Below, piece by piece: positions 8,349 through 14,630 of a DNA stretch of 14,831 nucleotides (its first letter is position 1; every line of letters begins with the position of its first letter). The notes below the pieces were generated by a model that was not told the DNA's origin, searched no databases, and saw only the letters and a program-made list of their open reading frames with translations. This DNA comes from a virus. The position numbers and the translations under genes were made by a program. Location: UHGV virus genome UHGV-0322133; one strand, given 5' to 3'.

Positions 8349-8452
8349 GTTTTACAGATAACTGGTCAGACGAAGAATTCATTCGTCAGATGAACAAAAT
8401 GCTCAATCAGCACAAAGAGAAGGAGAAAGATGATGATTCTGACTCTGAATGA
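8345..8452 (+). CDS. Possible 35-aa acidic micro-ORF
   Basis: The translation is MSFTDNWSDEEFIRQMNKMLNQHKEKEKDDDSDSE. Its ATG overlaps the kil stop (ATGA), and it overlaps the next gene by 23 nt. Confidence 0.3.
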   Translation: MSFTDNWSDEEFIRQMNKMLNQHKEKEKDDDSDSE

Positions 8453-8741
8453 TAAGCGTGAAATATCGCAAATAATCGCAAGTTTTACTGATGAAGATTA
8501 CGAGCGAATCAACAGTGAAGTTGATCGCCTCTGCAAACGTTGCGACCCAATAAGCGAAATGCTTCGCTCATATAAACCAGATGAACACACTAAGGACGCT
8601 ATCGACTGGCTGGAAGATGATGACTGTAACTATCAGGAAAAAGCCGCTGAATGGTTCTGGGATGCAATAACCGAAAGAGTTAAGGCTGAATATGCCTTCG
8701 CAATATTCAAACGCAGACACATTTTTGGAGAAGCAGCATGA
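8430..8741 (+). CDS. Hypothetical acidic protein (103 aa) at the gam-equivalent position
   Basis: The SD is AAGGAGAAAG. It lies directly upstream of recT and overlaps it by 4 nt. It shows no similarity to lambda Gam as I recall it. Confidence 0.65.
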   Translation: MMILTLNDKREISQIIASFTDEDYERINSEVDRLCKRCDPISEMLRSYKPDEHTKDAIDWLEDDDCNYQEKAAEWFWDAITERVKAEYAFAIFKRRHIFGEAA

Positions 8742-9649
8742 GCAATATCGTTGAATTCGTTAAACAGCAGGAGCAGTTATTCTGCGGAGCATTGACTGAA
8801 CAGACGGTGACATGGGCTAAGGAAAGCCAGTTTGCAATTCAGTATTTCCAGAAAAACGATTACCTGGCTAAAACAGCACTGGCAAACCCAACCAGCGCAC
8901 AGAACGCCATCATCAATGTTGCGGCGATCGGTATCACCTTAAACCCGGCTAGCAAACTGGCTTATCTGGTTCCGCGCGACGGCATGGTGTGCCTTGATAT
9001 CAGTTATATGGGATTGCTCCATATTGCAATGGAGTCTGGTGTTATCTCATGGGGTCAGGCAAAACTTGTTCATGCTAACGATACCTATGAGTCAAACGGG
9101 CTTGATAAAGCACCAACCCATAAATACAACGCCTTCGGTGATCGTGGTGATATCGTTGGCGTTTACTGCACAGTTAAGACGCCAGCAGGTGATTATCTAA
9201 CGGAAGAGATGAGTCTGGCTGAAATTGAGGCTGTAAGGAAAACAAGCAAGGCGGCATTCAGCGATAAAGGACCATGGGTAAATCACTGGAATGAGATGGC
9301 GCGAAAGACGGTCGTAAAGCGTGCAAGCAAGTATTGGCCTAAGGCATCACGTCTTGATAGTGCTATTCACGTACTAAACGAAGAAGAAGGTGTGTGGACT
9401 GAACCAGTTATGCCGCACAAATCAGAGGAATATATCCGCGAAGATGAACGGAAACGCCAGCAGGAAATTATGGAAAAAGCACAACTTCTTTGTGATGAAA
9501 TGGCTCAGGCAGAAAACATGGATGATTTGAAGCGATATTTTGCAGAAGCATATCGCCTGACATCTGGAATGAAATTGCAGCAGAACGTACAAGCCATTTA
9601 CATAGAATGCAAAGCGAAACTGGAGGTTGCCAGTGAGCAAACTATATGA
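8738..9649 (+). CDS. recT: RecT-family single-strand annealing recombinase (303 aa)
   Basis: The segment GPWVNHWNEMARKTVVKRASKYWP parallels Rac RecT (GPWVTHWEEMAKKTAIRRLFKYLP). An earlier segment, NPASKLAYLVPRDG...ISYMGL, also fits. A helical C-terminal extension of about 85 aa has no RecT counterpart that I can recall. Confidence 0.9.
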   Translation: MSNIVEFVKQQEQLFCGALTEQTVTWAKESQFAIQYFQKNDYLAKTALANPTSAQNAIINVAAIGITLNPASKLAYLVPRDGMVCLDISYMGLLHIAMESGVISWGQAKLVHANDTYESNGLDKAPTHKYNAFGDRGDIVGVYCTVKTPAGDYLTEEMSLAEIEAVRKTSKAAFSDKGPWVNHWNEMARKTVVKRASKYWPKASRLDSAIHVLNEEEGVWTEPVMPHKSEEYIREDERKRQQEIMEKAQLLCDEMAQAENMDDLKRYFAEAYRLTSGMKLQQNVQAIYIECKAKLEVASEQTI

Positions 9650-10115
9650 AATAGCCAATGAATACGCAAAATTGATGGATTCAGATTTAGAGCCAGAGAT
9701 GATTGCTGACACAATAGAAGGCATGGAAGGAGAATTTACCGATAAAATAGAGCAACTTCTTGCCATTATTAAAAATGAATCTGGTTATGCTGAACGCCTC
9801 AAGGACGAGGCAAAGTCACTAAATGAGCGAGCCGCAGTAATTCAAAATAAGATTGACAGCATTATGGCGTATATAGCGTCATCGCTTGAAATGGTTGGCA
9901 AGAAAAAGATTCGAGCAGGTATTCACCAGGTAACAATCCGCAAACCGTCAGAAACTGTAGAAATCATCGACTCAAGCGCCCTTCCTCCTGAATACGTTGA
10001 GTTTGAAACGACAATTAAAGCCGACAAACTGGCAATCAAACACCAACTAAAAGCAGGAATAAATATCCCCGGTGCTCAACTCAAAGTTGGGAAACCTTCA
10101 CTTCTTATCAAATAA
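9633..10115 (+). CDS. Sipho_Gp157-family protein (coiled-coil N-domain plus beta C-domain)
   Basis: The likely start is GTG 9633, 6 nt after the SD TGGAGG, giving MSKLYEIANEYAKLMD.... The overall pattern matches the Gp157 family that accompanies RecT/Erf in many phages. That pattern is an N-terminal ..LYE...EY..L, a central coiled coil, and a C-terminal IRKP..VEIID...LP.EY......K.DK.AIK..LKAG..IPGA.L. Confidence 0.7.
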   Translation: MSKLYEIANEYAKLMDSDLEPEMIADTIEGMEGEFTDKIEQLLAIIKNESGYAERLKDEAKSLNERAAVIQNKIDSIMAYIASSLEMVGKKKIRAGIHQVTIRKPSETVEIIDSSALPPEYVEFETTIKADKLAIKHQLKAGINIPGAQLKVGKPSLLIK

Positions 10116-10126
10116 CGGTATCGCCT

Positions 10127-10441
10127 ATGAAAAAGACTCCATGGGAGAAATGGGAAGTCGATTTCTTGCGCGAAGTGGCGGCGACAATGCCAGTTGAAGT
10201 TATCGCTGAAAAACTGGAAAGGACTGAAAAAGCAGTAATGGCGAAAGCAACAAGGATTGGCGCTGACATTGTTAGCCGACTTCGTGGAAGACGATGGACA
10301 AGAGCCGAAGTATCACTTTTCGGTAAGTTCTCCGCAGAAGAAATAGCAATTGCAACCTGCCGATCAATTTATTCAGTAAGAGCTATGCGATACAAGCTAA
10401 AAAAACTCGATGAAGAAAGAGCAGGCATACGAATAAATTAA
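10127..10441 (+). CDS. Hypothetical protein with two SANT/Myb-like helix-turn-helix repeats (104 aa)
   Basis: There is an internal repeat: W(EK)[37 protein letters not shown] and [39 protein letters not shown]. Confidence 0.6.
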   Translation: MKKTPWEKWEVDFLREVAATMPVEVIAEKLERTEKAVMAKATRIGADIVSRLRGRRWTRAEVSLFGKFSAEEIAIATCRSIYSVRAMRYKLKKLDEERAGIRIN

Positions 10442-10457
10442 CAAAGAGGAATTAATC

Positions 10458-10622
10458 ATGAGAGGACTTGCATACAATCCCGGCATTCTTCCGGCAGAAA
10501 TGATTATTCGCCAACGCGTAAAGCCAATGCCATCGAGAGAGGAATTGCTTAAAAGAAAGAGTTTCGGTTCTGTTAATGACAACAAATATCTGAATGCGAT
10601 GTGGCGGAGTGGGAAGAAATGA
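10458..10622 (+). CDS. Possible small protein (54 aa, below the track cutoff)
   Basis: The translation is [54 protein letters not shown]. The SD AAGAGGA lies 7 nt upstream. Its stop overlaps the next ATG (ATGA). Confidence 0.4.
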   Translation: MRGLAYNPGILPAEMIIRQRVKPMPSREELLKRKSFGSVNDNKYLNAMWRSGKK

Positions 10623-11038
10623 AGCAAATGACACTAATTGAGATGGATGGATTTCTGAAAGGTAAATGCATCCCACGAGATTTAAAGGTTAACGAAACAA
10701 ACGCTGAATATCTGGTGCGTAAATTTGCTGAAGCGGAGGCCAAGTGCGCGGCGCTGGCAGCGGAGAATGAGCTGGCTCGTAAAGCAGTTCAGGCATTCTG
10801 CGATGTTGTTGGCGACAACACAGAGGTTATCTGCGAGGAGGTTGGGAGAGATGGCGTTCTGGTTATTTTGGAGGCCATGAAGGCAACAGGAAATATGCCT
10901 GCCACCGATGCTTTCCTGGCTGAAGTACGGGCGCAGGGGGTAGAGATGATGCGCGAACATCCATCAATCAAACTTTGCTCTTTGACGCACATATGTGACG
11001 AGTTAGCCGCCCAGATTCGCAAAGGAGGCAACCAGTGA
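10619..11038 (+). CDS. Ea22-like family protein (139 aa)
   Basis: The likely start is ATG 10619 ([11 protein letters not shown]...). The protein has a coiled-coil segment, and its C-terminal [18 protein letters not shown]....AAQIRKGG resembles the conserved C-terminus of ead/Ea22-like prophage proteins. Confidence 0.6.
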   Translation: MKQMTLIEMDGFLKGKCIPRDLKVNETNAEYLVRKFAEAEAKCAALAAENELARKAVQAFCDVVGDNTEVICEEVGRDGVLVILEAMKATGNMPATDAFLAEVRAQGVEMMREHPSIKLCSLTHICDELAAQIRKGGNQ

Positions 11039-11679
11039 GCAACCGTTTTTACATGATGTGCTCGCGTGAAACTGTGGGTAATAACGCTTCATTCCATTGC
11101 CATAACGGCAATGGTTACAGTTCTAATATCGATCGCGCTCATGTTTACACGCTGGAAGAAGCCCAAAAAGCCTGGAATTGTGGTCGAGATATCGATCAGC
11201 CTGTTTGCGCTGATAGCGTGGATGCAATGGCTGTGTGGCACGTTGATTGCCAGTACATCCCTACAGAAAGCCTGATTGAGCCAGATTGTACTGCGTATGT
11301 GGCCTACAAAAAAGGTAGCTGGAACGGCAACGATGTTTACTGGCTTCAACATGGTGGATTGCCAACAGATGACTTCAGTAAAGCGACCATCTTTAGCGTC
11401 GCCAACAAAAACGAACCAGGAATAGTTTGGTTGCCATTTTCCATTGCTGATGCAGCAAAGCGCCGGACGTTCAATATCAATAACTTTAACCGCAGAACAA
11501 TGGTTCAGGGCGCAGGTTTGGTCATGCCTGACTGGTTGAAAGAGCAGAACAGAAGAAAGAAGTCGCGAAGCGGGAAGGTGCGTTGGAATTGTCCGCATTG
11601 CGGAAAAATAACTTGGCAGTACAGCCCATATGATTTTGAAGGCTGTAGTGATTACAACTGTGAAGGATGGCGAGAATGA
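11035..11679 (+). CDS. Hypothetical Cys/Trp-rich protein with a C-terminal zinc-ribbon-like motif (214 aa)
   Basis: The GTG start lies 6 nt after AAAGGAGG and overlaps the upstream stop. The C-terminus reads WNCPHCGKITWQYSPYDFEGCSDYNCEGW (CxxC ... C....C). Confidence 0.7.
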   Translation: MSNRFYMMCSRETVGNNASFHCHNGNGYSSNIDRAHVYTLEEAQKAWNCGRDIDQPVCADSVDAMAVWHVDCQYIPTESLIEPDCTAYVAYKKGSWNGNDVYWLQHGGLPTDDFSKATIFSVANKNEPGIVWLPFSIADAAKRRTFNINNFNRRTMVQGAGLVMPDWLKEQNRRKKSRSGKVRWNCPHCGKITWQYSPYDFEGCSDYNCEGWRE

Positions 11680-12371
11680 CAATTGACTATCAGGTACTGC
11701 GTGAGGCGGCAGAACGTGCAATGCCGGCAATGGAACGCCTGTTAATGTTGCCAGCTGATGATGACTTGTTAAGTGAACAGGAACTTAAAGATTACGGTGT
11801 GGATATTGATGCGCTCAACGCCTTCAAATTTCTGACCGGACCAGAAACCGTGCTGGCACTGCTGGATGAACGGGAAAGAAACCTGCAATACATCAAAAGC
11901 CGCGATCAGGAGAACGAGGATATTGCGCTAACGGTAGGGAAGCTGCGCGTTGAGCTTGAAGCAGCAAAATCAAAACTCAACGAGCAGCGTGAGTATTACG
12001 AAGGTGTTATCTCGGATGGAAGTAAGCGTATTGCTGAACTGGAGAAAAGCGAAGAGCAACTCATTAACGAGCGTGACCATGCTGAGTCTGCTTTAGCTGA
12101 TATGTACTTTGCAGCAACCGGGGATAGGCCGGAGTGGAGTAACTGGTTCGGCTTTTCAAATGCCGTAGATGCCGTGGTTGACAGAATTGCTGATTTAGAA
12201 GCTAAACAGCCATCACCAGTAGTACCGGAAGGACTGGTTAAAGCAGTGTGCTTCTATGAACAGGTTAAGCGTGAAAATCCGCCAGTCGAAACCGGAGCAT
12301 GGAAAGACGCTGTTGACTGGGTTCTCGAAGAGGCTTGTCAGGCTGTAAACATTGGCATCAAAGGAGAGTGA
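11676..12371 (+). CDS. Ead/Ea22-like family coiled-coil protein (231 aa; alternative start at 11667)
   Basis: MTIDYQVLREAAERA... and ...VLALLDERERN... are typical of the Ea22-like N-region. There is a central coiled coil (LRVELEAAKSKLNEQRE...AELEKSEEQLINER). Confidence 0.7.
   Translation: MTIDYQVLREAAERAMPAMERLLMLPADDDLLSEQELKDYGVDIDALNAFKFLTGPETVLALLDERERNLQYIKSRDQENEDIALTVGKLRVELEAAKSKLNEQREYYEGVISDGSKRIAELEKSEEQLINERDHAESALADMYFAATGDRPEWSNWFGFSNAVDAVVDRIADLEAKQPSPVVPEGLVKAVCFYEQVKRENPPVETGAWKDAVDWVLEEACQAVNIGIKGE
12350..12371 (+). repeat. Left copy of a 22-nt direct repeat (cattGgcatcaaaggagagtga)
   Basis: It is identical at 21 of 22 positions to 12844-12865, with 17 nt exact (gcatcaaaggagagtga). 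It covers the last codons (..IKGE-stop) of the upstream gene and the SD of the next gene. Confidence 0.9.
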
Positions 12372-12373
12372 GA

Positions 12374-12865
12374 ATGCAAATTTCACCGGTTACTCTTCGT
12401 GTTGCGAAGGCGTTTATATCCAGACATCACCGACACAATAAACCACCTGTTGGGCATAAATTCAGCATTGGTCTGAGAAATGATGCCGGAGAATTGATAG
12501 GTGTGGCGACAGCTGGTAGACCTGTTGCACGACATTTGGACGATGGATTAACACTTGAAGTAAATCGCACATGTACCACAGGAGAACGCAACGCTAACAG
12601 CGCGCTTTATGGTGCTGTCTGGCGGGCAGCAAAAGCTATGGGTTATCAACGTTGTATTACGTACACCCAGGCAGATGAATCAGGAGCATCTCTTCGCGCA
12701 GCTGGTTTTGTTCGTGTGAAAGAGCTTCCTCCAAGAAAAAGCTGGGCGGAATCAAGCGTCGCCCTGCGGAGTAAACGCGATCCGGTCGGAAACGGTGGTG
12801 TTCCTCGTGTGCTTTGGGAAATCAGGAGAATGAGTACCACTGGCATTCGCATCAAAGGAGAGTGA
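12374..12865 (+). CDS. GNAT-like putative acyltransferase-fold protein (163 aa; I recall this family being annotated as XF1762-type prophage proteins)
   Basis: The start at ATG 12374 follows the SD AAAGGAGAG. The sequence is MQISPVTLRVAKAFISRHHRHNKPPVGHKFSIGLRNDAGELIGVATAGRPVARHLDDGLTLEVNRTCTTGERNANSALYGAVWRAAKAMGYQRCITYTQADESGASLRAAGF. Its order of strand/helix-like segments resembles GNAT beta4-alpha3-beta5-alpha4. There is no canonical R/Q-x-x-G-x-G/A motif. Confidence 0.6.
   Translation: MQISPVTLRVAKAFISRHHRHNKPPVGHKFSIGLRNDAGELIGVATAGRPVARHLDDGLTLEVNRTCTTGERNANSALYGAVWRAAKAMGYQRCITYTQADESGASLRAAGFVRVKELPPRKSWAESSVALRSKRDPVGNGGVPRVLWEIRRMSTTGIRIKGE
12844..12865 (+). repeat. Right copy of the 22-nt direct repeat (cattCgcatcaaaggagagtga)
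   Basis: See the left copy. This copy forms the last codons (..IKGE-stop) of the GNAT-like ORF and the SD of the zinc-ribbon ORF. Confidence 0.9.
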
Positions 12866-12866
12866 T

Positions 12867-13064
12867 ATGGATAAAAACACCACTGCTTACTGGAATCTGT
12901 CACTTGATACCGAATGCCCCAAATGCGGTCACAATTTCGATCTGCTTTGTGACGCTGATTTCTGGGAGTTTTCTGGAGCTAAACAGGCATGTGAAGAAAT
13001 AAAAGGTTACGAAACATGCTGTCCAGAATGTAACCATGAATTTAAAACAGATTTCGTGTATTGA
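12867..13064 (+). CDS. Small zinc-ribbon protein (65 aa)
   Basis: It has two CxxC pairs (CPKCGH ... CPECNH). It starts 1 nt after the GNAT-like stop and uses the SD within the repeat. Confidence 0.6.
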   Translation: MDKNTTAYWNLSLDTECPKCGHNFDLLCDADFWEFSGAKQACEEIKGYETCCPECNHEFKTDFVY

Positions 13065-13074
13065 GGCATAACAA

Positions 13075-13707
13075 ATGACCACTATTACCAGAGAACAGGC
13101 GCAGAAAATTATTGAAGCAGCCGATGAGGTTATTAGTGCGCTTGCCGGAACTAACGAGGATGTTCACCCTGGTAGCGATAACATGCTACGTCTGTGGGAT
13201 GACCTGAATGACCGTTACGCGCCCCCGGAAGTTGTGCGTGAGCTGGCACGAATTGCACTGGCATCACTGGAAGCAGAGCCTGTAAGCCAAACTTACAACT
13301 TGCCAGAATTAATCGAAGGCATGGAGGTTTCCATTGATGTAAGCACTTGTGATGCGGATTTAGGTAATCGCTATTTCGGTACCGTAACCGAGGCGTTAGA
13401 ACTTGATACAGCCAAGAATGGTTACATCCTCCTAGTTCAGGACGCAGAGCCAAACTTCGATATAAATGGCAACTCTCCGGTAATTCCGGATGGTTGGATA
13501 AGCTGTAGTGAGCGAATGCCGAAAAAGAATCAGAACGTACTTATTTCGGTGAATTTCGATAGTGATCTGGTTGAGCCGCTAATATGCTCCGCACGCTATA
13601 CCGGAAGTACCTTTCGGCGAGGACAAGCAACGATTAAGCCGGGTAATGGTATTGAGCAGGCAACTCACTGGATGCCGCTACCGGAACCGCCGCAGGAGGT
13701 AAAATGA
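13075..13707 (+). CDS. DUF551-domain protein (210 aa)
   Basis: The C-terminus WISCSERMPKKNQNVLIS...ATHWMPLPEPP fits the DUF551 pattern common in enterobacterial prophage early regions. Confidence 0.7.
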   Translation: MTTITREQAQKIIEAADEVISALAGTNEDVHPGSDNMLRLWDDLNDRYAPPEVVRELARIALASLEAEPVSQTYNLPELIEGMEVSIDVSTCDADLGNRYFGTVTEALELDTAKNGYILLVQDAEPNFDINGNSPVIPDGWISCSERMPKKNQNVLISVNFDSDLVEPLICSARYTGSTFRRGQATIKPGNGIEQATHWMPLPEPPQEVK

Positions 13708-13964
13708 TGGATGTAAAAGAGAAGGTTTTGCAGGTGATGCGTTCCCGTGCTGCCCTGCAAGAGAAAGCTCTCGGCGGGGAATATCCATTCACGATAGCAA
13801 CCTGGAATCTGCGGTTGGCAATGGAGAAGGAATTTCCTGATGAAGAATGGCGTTCGGCAGATTTGCGCAAAATTCTTATGGAGCTGGCTAAAGACGGAGC
13901 AGTATCCAAAGATACCTATGCCAGCCGGATTGGTCAGGCGGTATGGAGACTGGAGGTGCGGTAA
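13704..13964 (+). CDS. Hypothetical protein (86 aa), possibly winged-helix-like
   Basis: The SD is AGGAGG, and the ATG overlaps the upstream stop. I recognise no motif with confidence. Confidence 0.6.
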   Translation: MMDVKEKVLQVMRSRAALQEKALGGEYPFTIATWNLRLAMEKEFPDEEWRSADLRKILMELAKDGAVSKDTYASRIGQAVWRLEVR

Positions 13965-14000
13965 TGGCTAACCTGCAACTTGCCGTCAAAGGTGAATAAC

Positions 14001-14029
14001 AATCCTCGCACTCGCGGGGATTTCTTTTA
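14001..14029 (+). terminator. Rho-independent terminator (first of a tandem pair)
   Basis: aatcctcgc at 14001-14009 pairs with gcggggatt at 14014-14022 (one G-U pair, 4-nt loop), followed by TCTTTTAT. Confidence 0.55.
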
Positions 14030-14033
14030 TCTG

Positions 14034-14058
14034 AACTCGCTACGGCGAGTTTTGTTTT
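14034..14058 (+). terminator. Rho-independent terminator (second of the pair)
   Basis: aactcgc at 14034-14040 pairs with gcgagtt at 14045-14051, with a tacg loop, followed by TTGTTTT. Confidence 0.55.
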
Positions 14059-14070
14059 ATGGAGATGATT

Positions 14071-14370
14071 ATGGCCTGTTCAACATTCAACCCTTTAACG
14101 TTACAGAAATACCAGCCAGACCCTGAAGATTTATGCTCACTGTGTGGAGTAAATCATGGTAAAGCCGCCATGATCGAATGTAAGGACAAAATCCACATTT
14201 GCCTTAATTGCGTTGATGTCCTCGTTGATATCAAAAATGAGAGAGAAGATAAAAAGCGTAACGAGGCTATTCGCGCATTAGATTCATGGATGCGAGATGG
14301 GTATAGTGCTGCGCAAATTTATGACTTAGCAATATCAAAAGGCGAAATACCAGGTGTGCGAATCGAATAA
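14071..14370 (+). CDS. Hypothetical Cys-rich protein (99 aa from ATG 14071; in-frame ATGs also at 14059 and 14065)
   Basis: GGAG at 14061-14064 lies 6 nt before ATG 14071. The CSLCG ... CLNC motifs suggest a zinc-binding module. Confidence 0.6.
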   Translation: MACSTFNPLTLQKYQPDPEDLCSLCGVNHGKAAMIECKDKIHICLNCVDVLVDIKNEREDKKRNEAIRALDSWMRDGYSAAQIYDLAISKGEIPGVRIE

Positions 14371-14405
14371 GAAGCGCACTCAAGCATCTTTTGGAGAAAT
14401 CACTA

Positions 14406-14573
14406 ATGCACTTCCGAGTCACAGGTGAATGGAATGGAGAACCATTCAACAGAGTTATCGAAGCAGAGAACATCAACGACTGCTATGACCACTGGATGAT
14501 ATGGGCGCAGATAGCACATGCAGACGTAACCAATATTTGTATTGAAGAACTGAAAGAACACCAAGCCGCCTGA
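14406..14573 (+). CDS. Hypothetical small protein (55 aa)
   Basis: The internal ATG at 14406 follows GGAG. The translation is MHFRVTGEWNGEPFNRVIEAENINDCYDHWMIWAQIAHADVTNICIEELKEHQAA. Its stop codon sits in the loop of the terminator. Confidence 0.55.
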   Translation: MHFRVTGEWNGEPFNRVIEAENINDCYDHWMIWAQIAHADVTNICIEELKEHQAA

Positions 14574-14587
14574 TGGCGGTTTTTTAT
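14565..14587 (+). terminator. Rho-independent terminator
   Basis: gccgcc at 14565-14570 pairs with ggcggt at 14575-14580, with a tgat loop, followed by TTTTTTAT. Confidence 0.7.
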
Positions 14588-14630
14588 TGCCTGATTTGCA
14601 GGTTCGATTCCCTATTCGGAGATAGCACTC

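Noticed and set aside
9422-9766. A 114-aa minus-strand ORF across the recT/gp157 junction.
   Set aside because: It is antisense to two confidently called genes. It has a hydrophobic, low-complexity, AT-driven composition and no start context.
11089-11730. A 213-aa ORF on the minus strand, antisense to the 214-aa gene.
   Set aside because: It overlaps a well-supported plus-strand gene that has a strong SD and coupled neighbours. It has no RBS. Its composition is low-complexity and rich in Ser, Pro, Ala and Val, which is typical of a shadow ORF. It is oriented against the whole PL operon.
13965-14000. An 11-codon ORF (MANLQLAVKGE) overlapping the stop of the 86-aa gene.
   Set aside because: It is too short and has no independent RBS. 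It ends in ..KGE like its neighbours, but that is weak evidence. It is more likely intergenic sequence preceding the tandem terminators.
14596-14625. A complete tRNA gene at the T-arm-like motif.
   Set aside because: Only the 5' half of a T-arm plus the loop is present. The following bases cannot pair to close the T-stem, there is no acceptor stem or CCA, and no D-arm or anticodon arm lies upstream (that sequence is a terminator). It is kept only as a possible relic in the findings.
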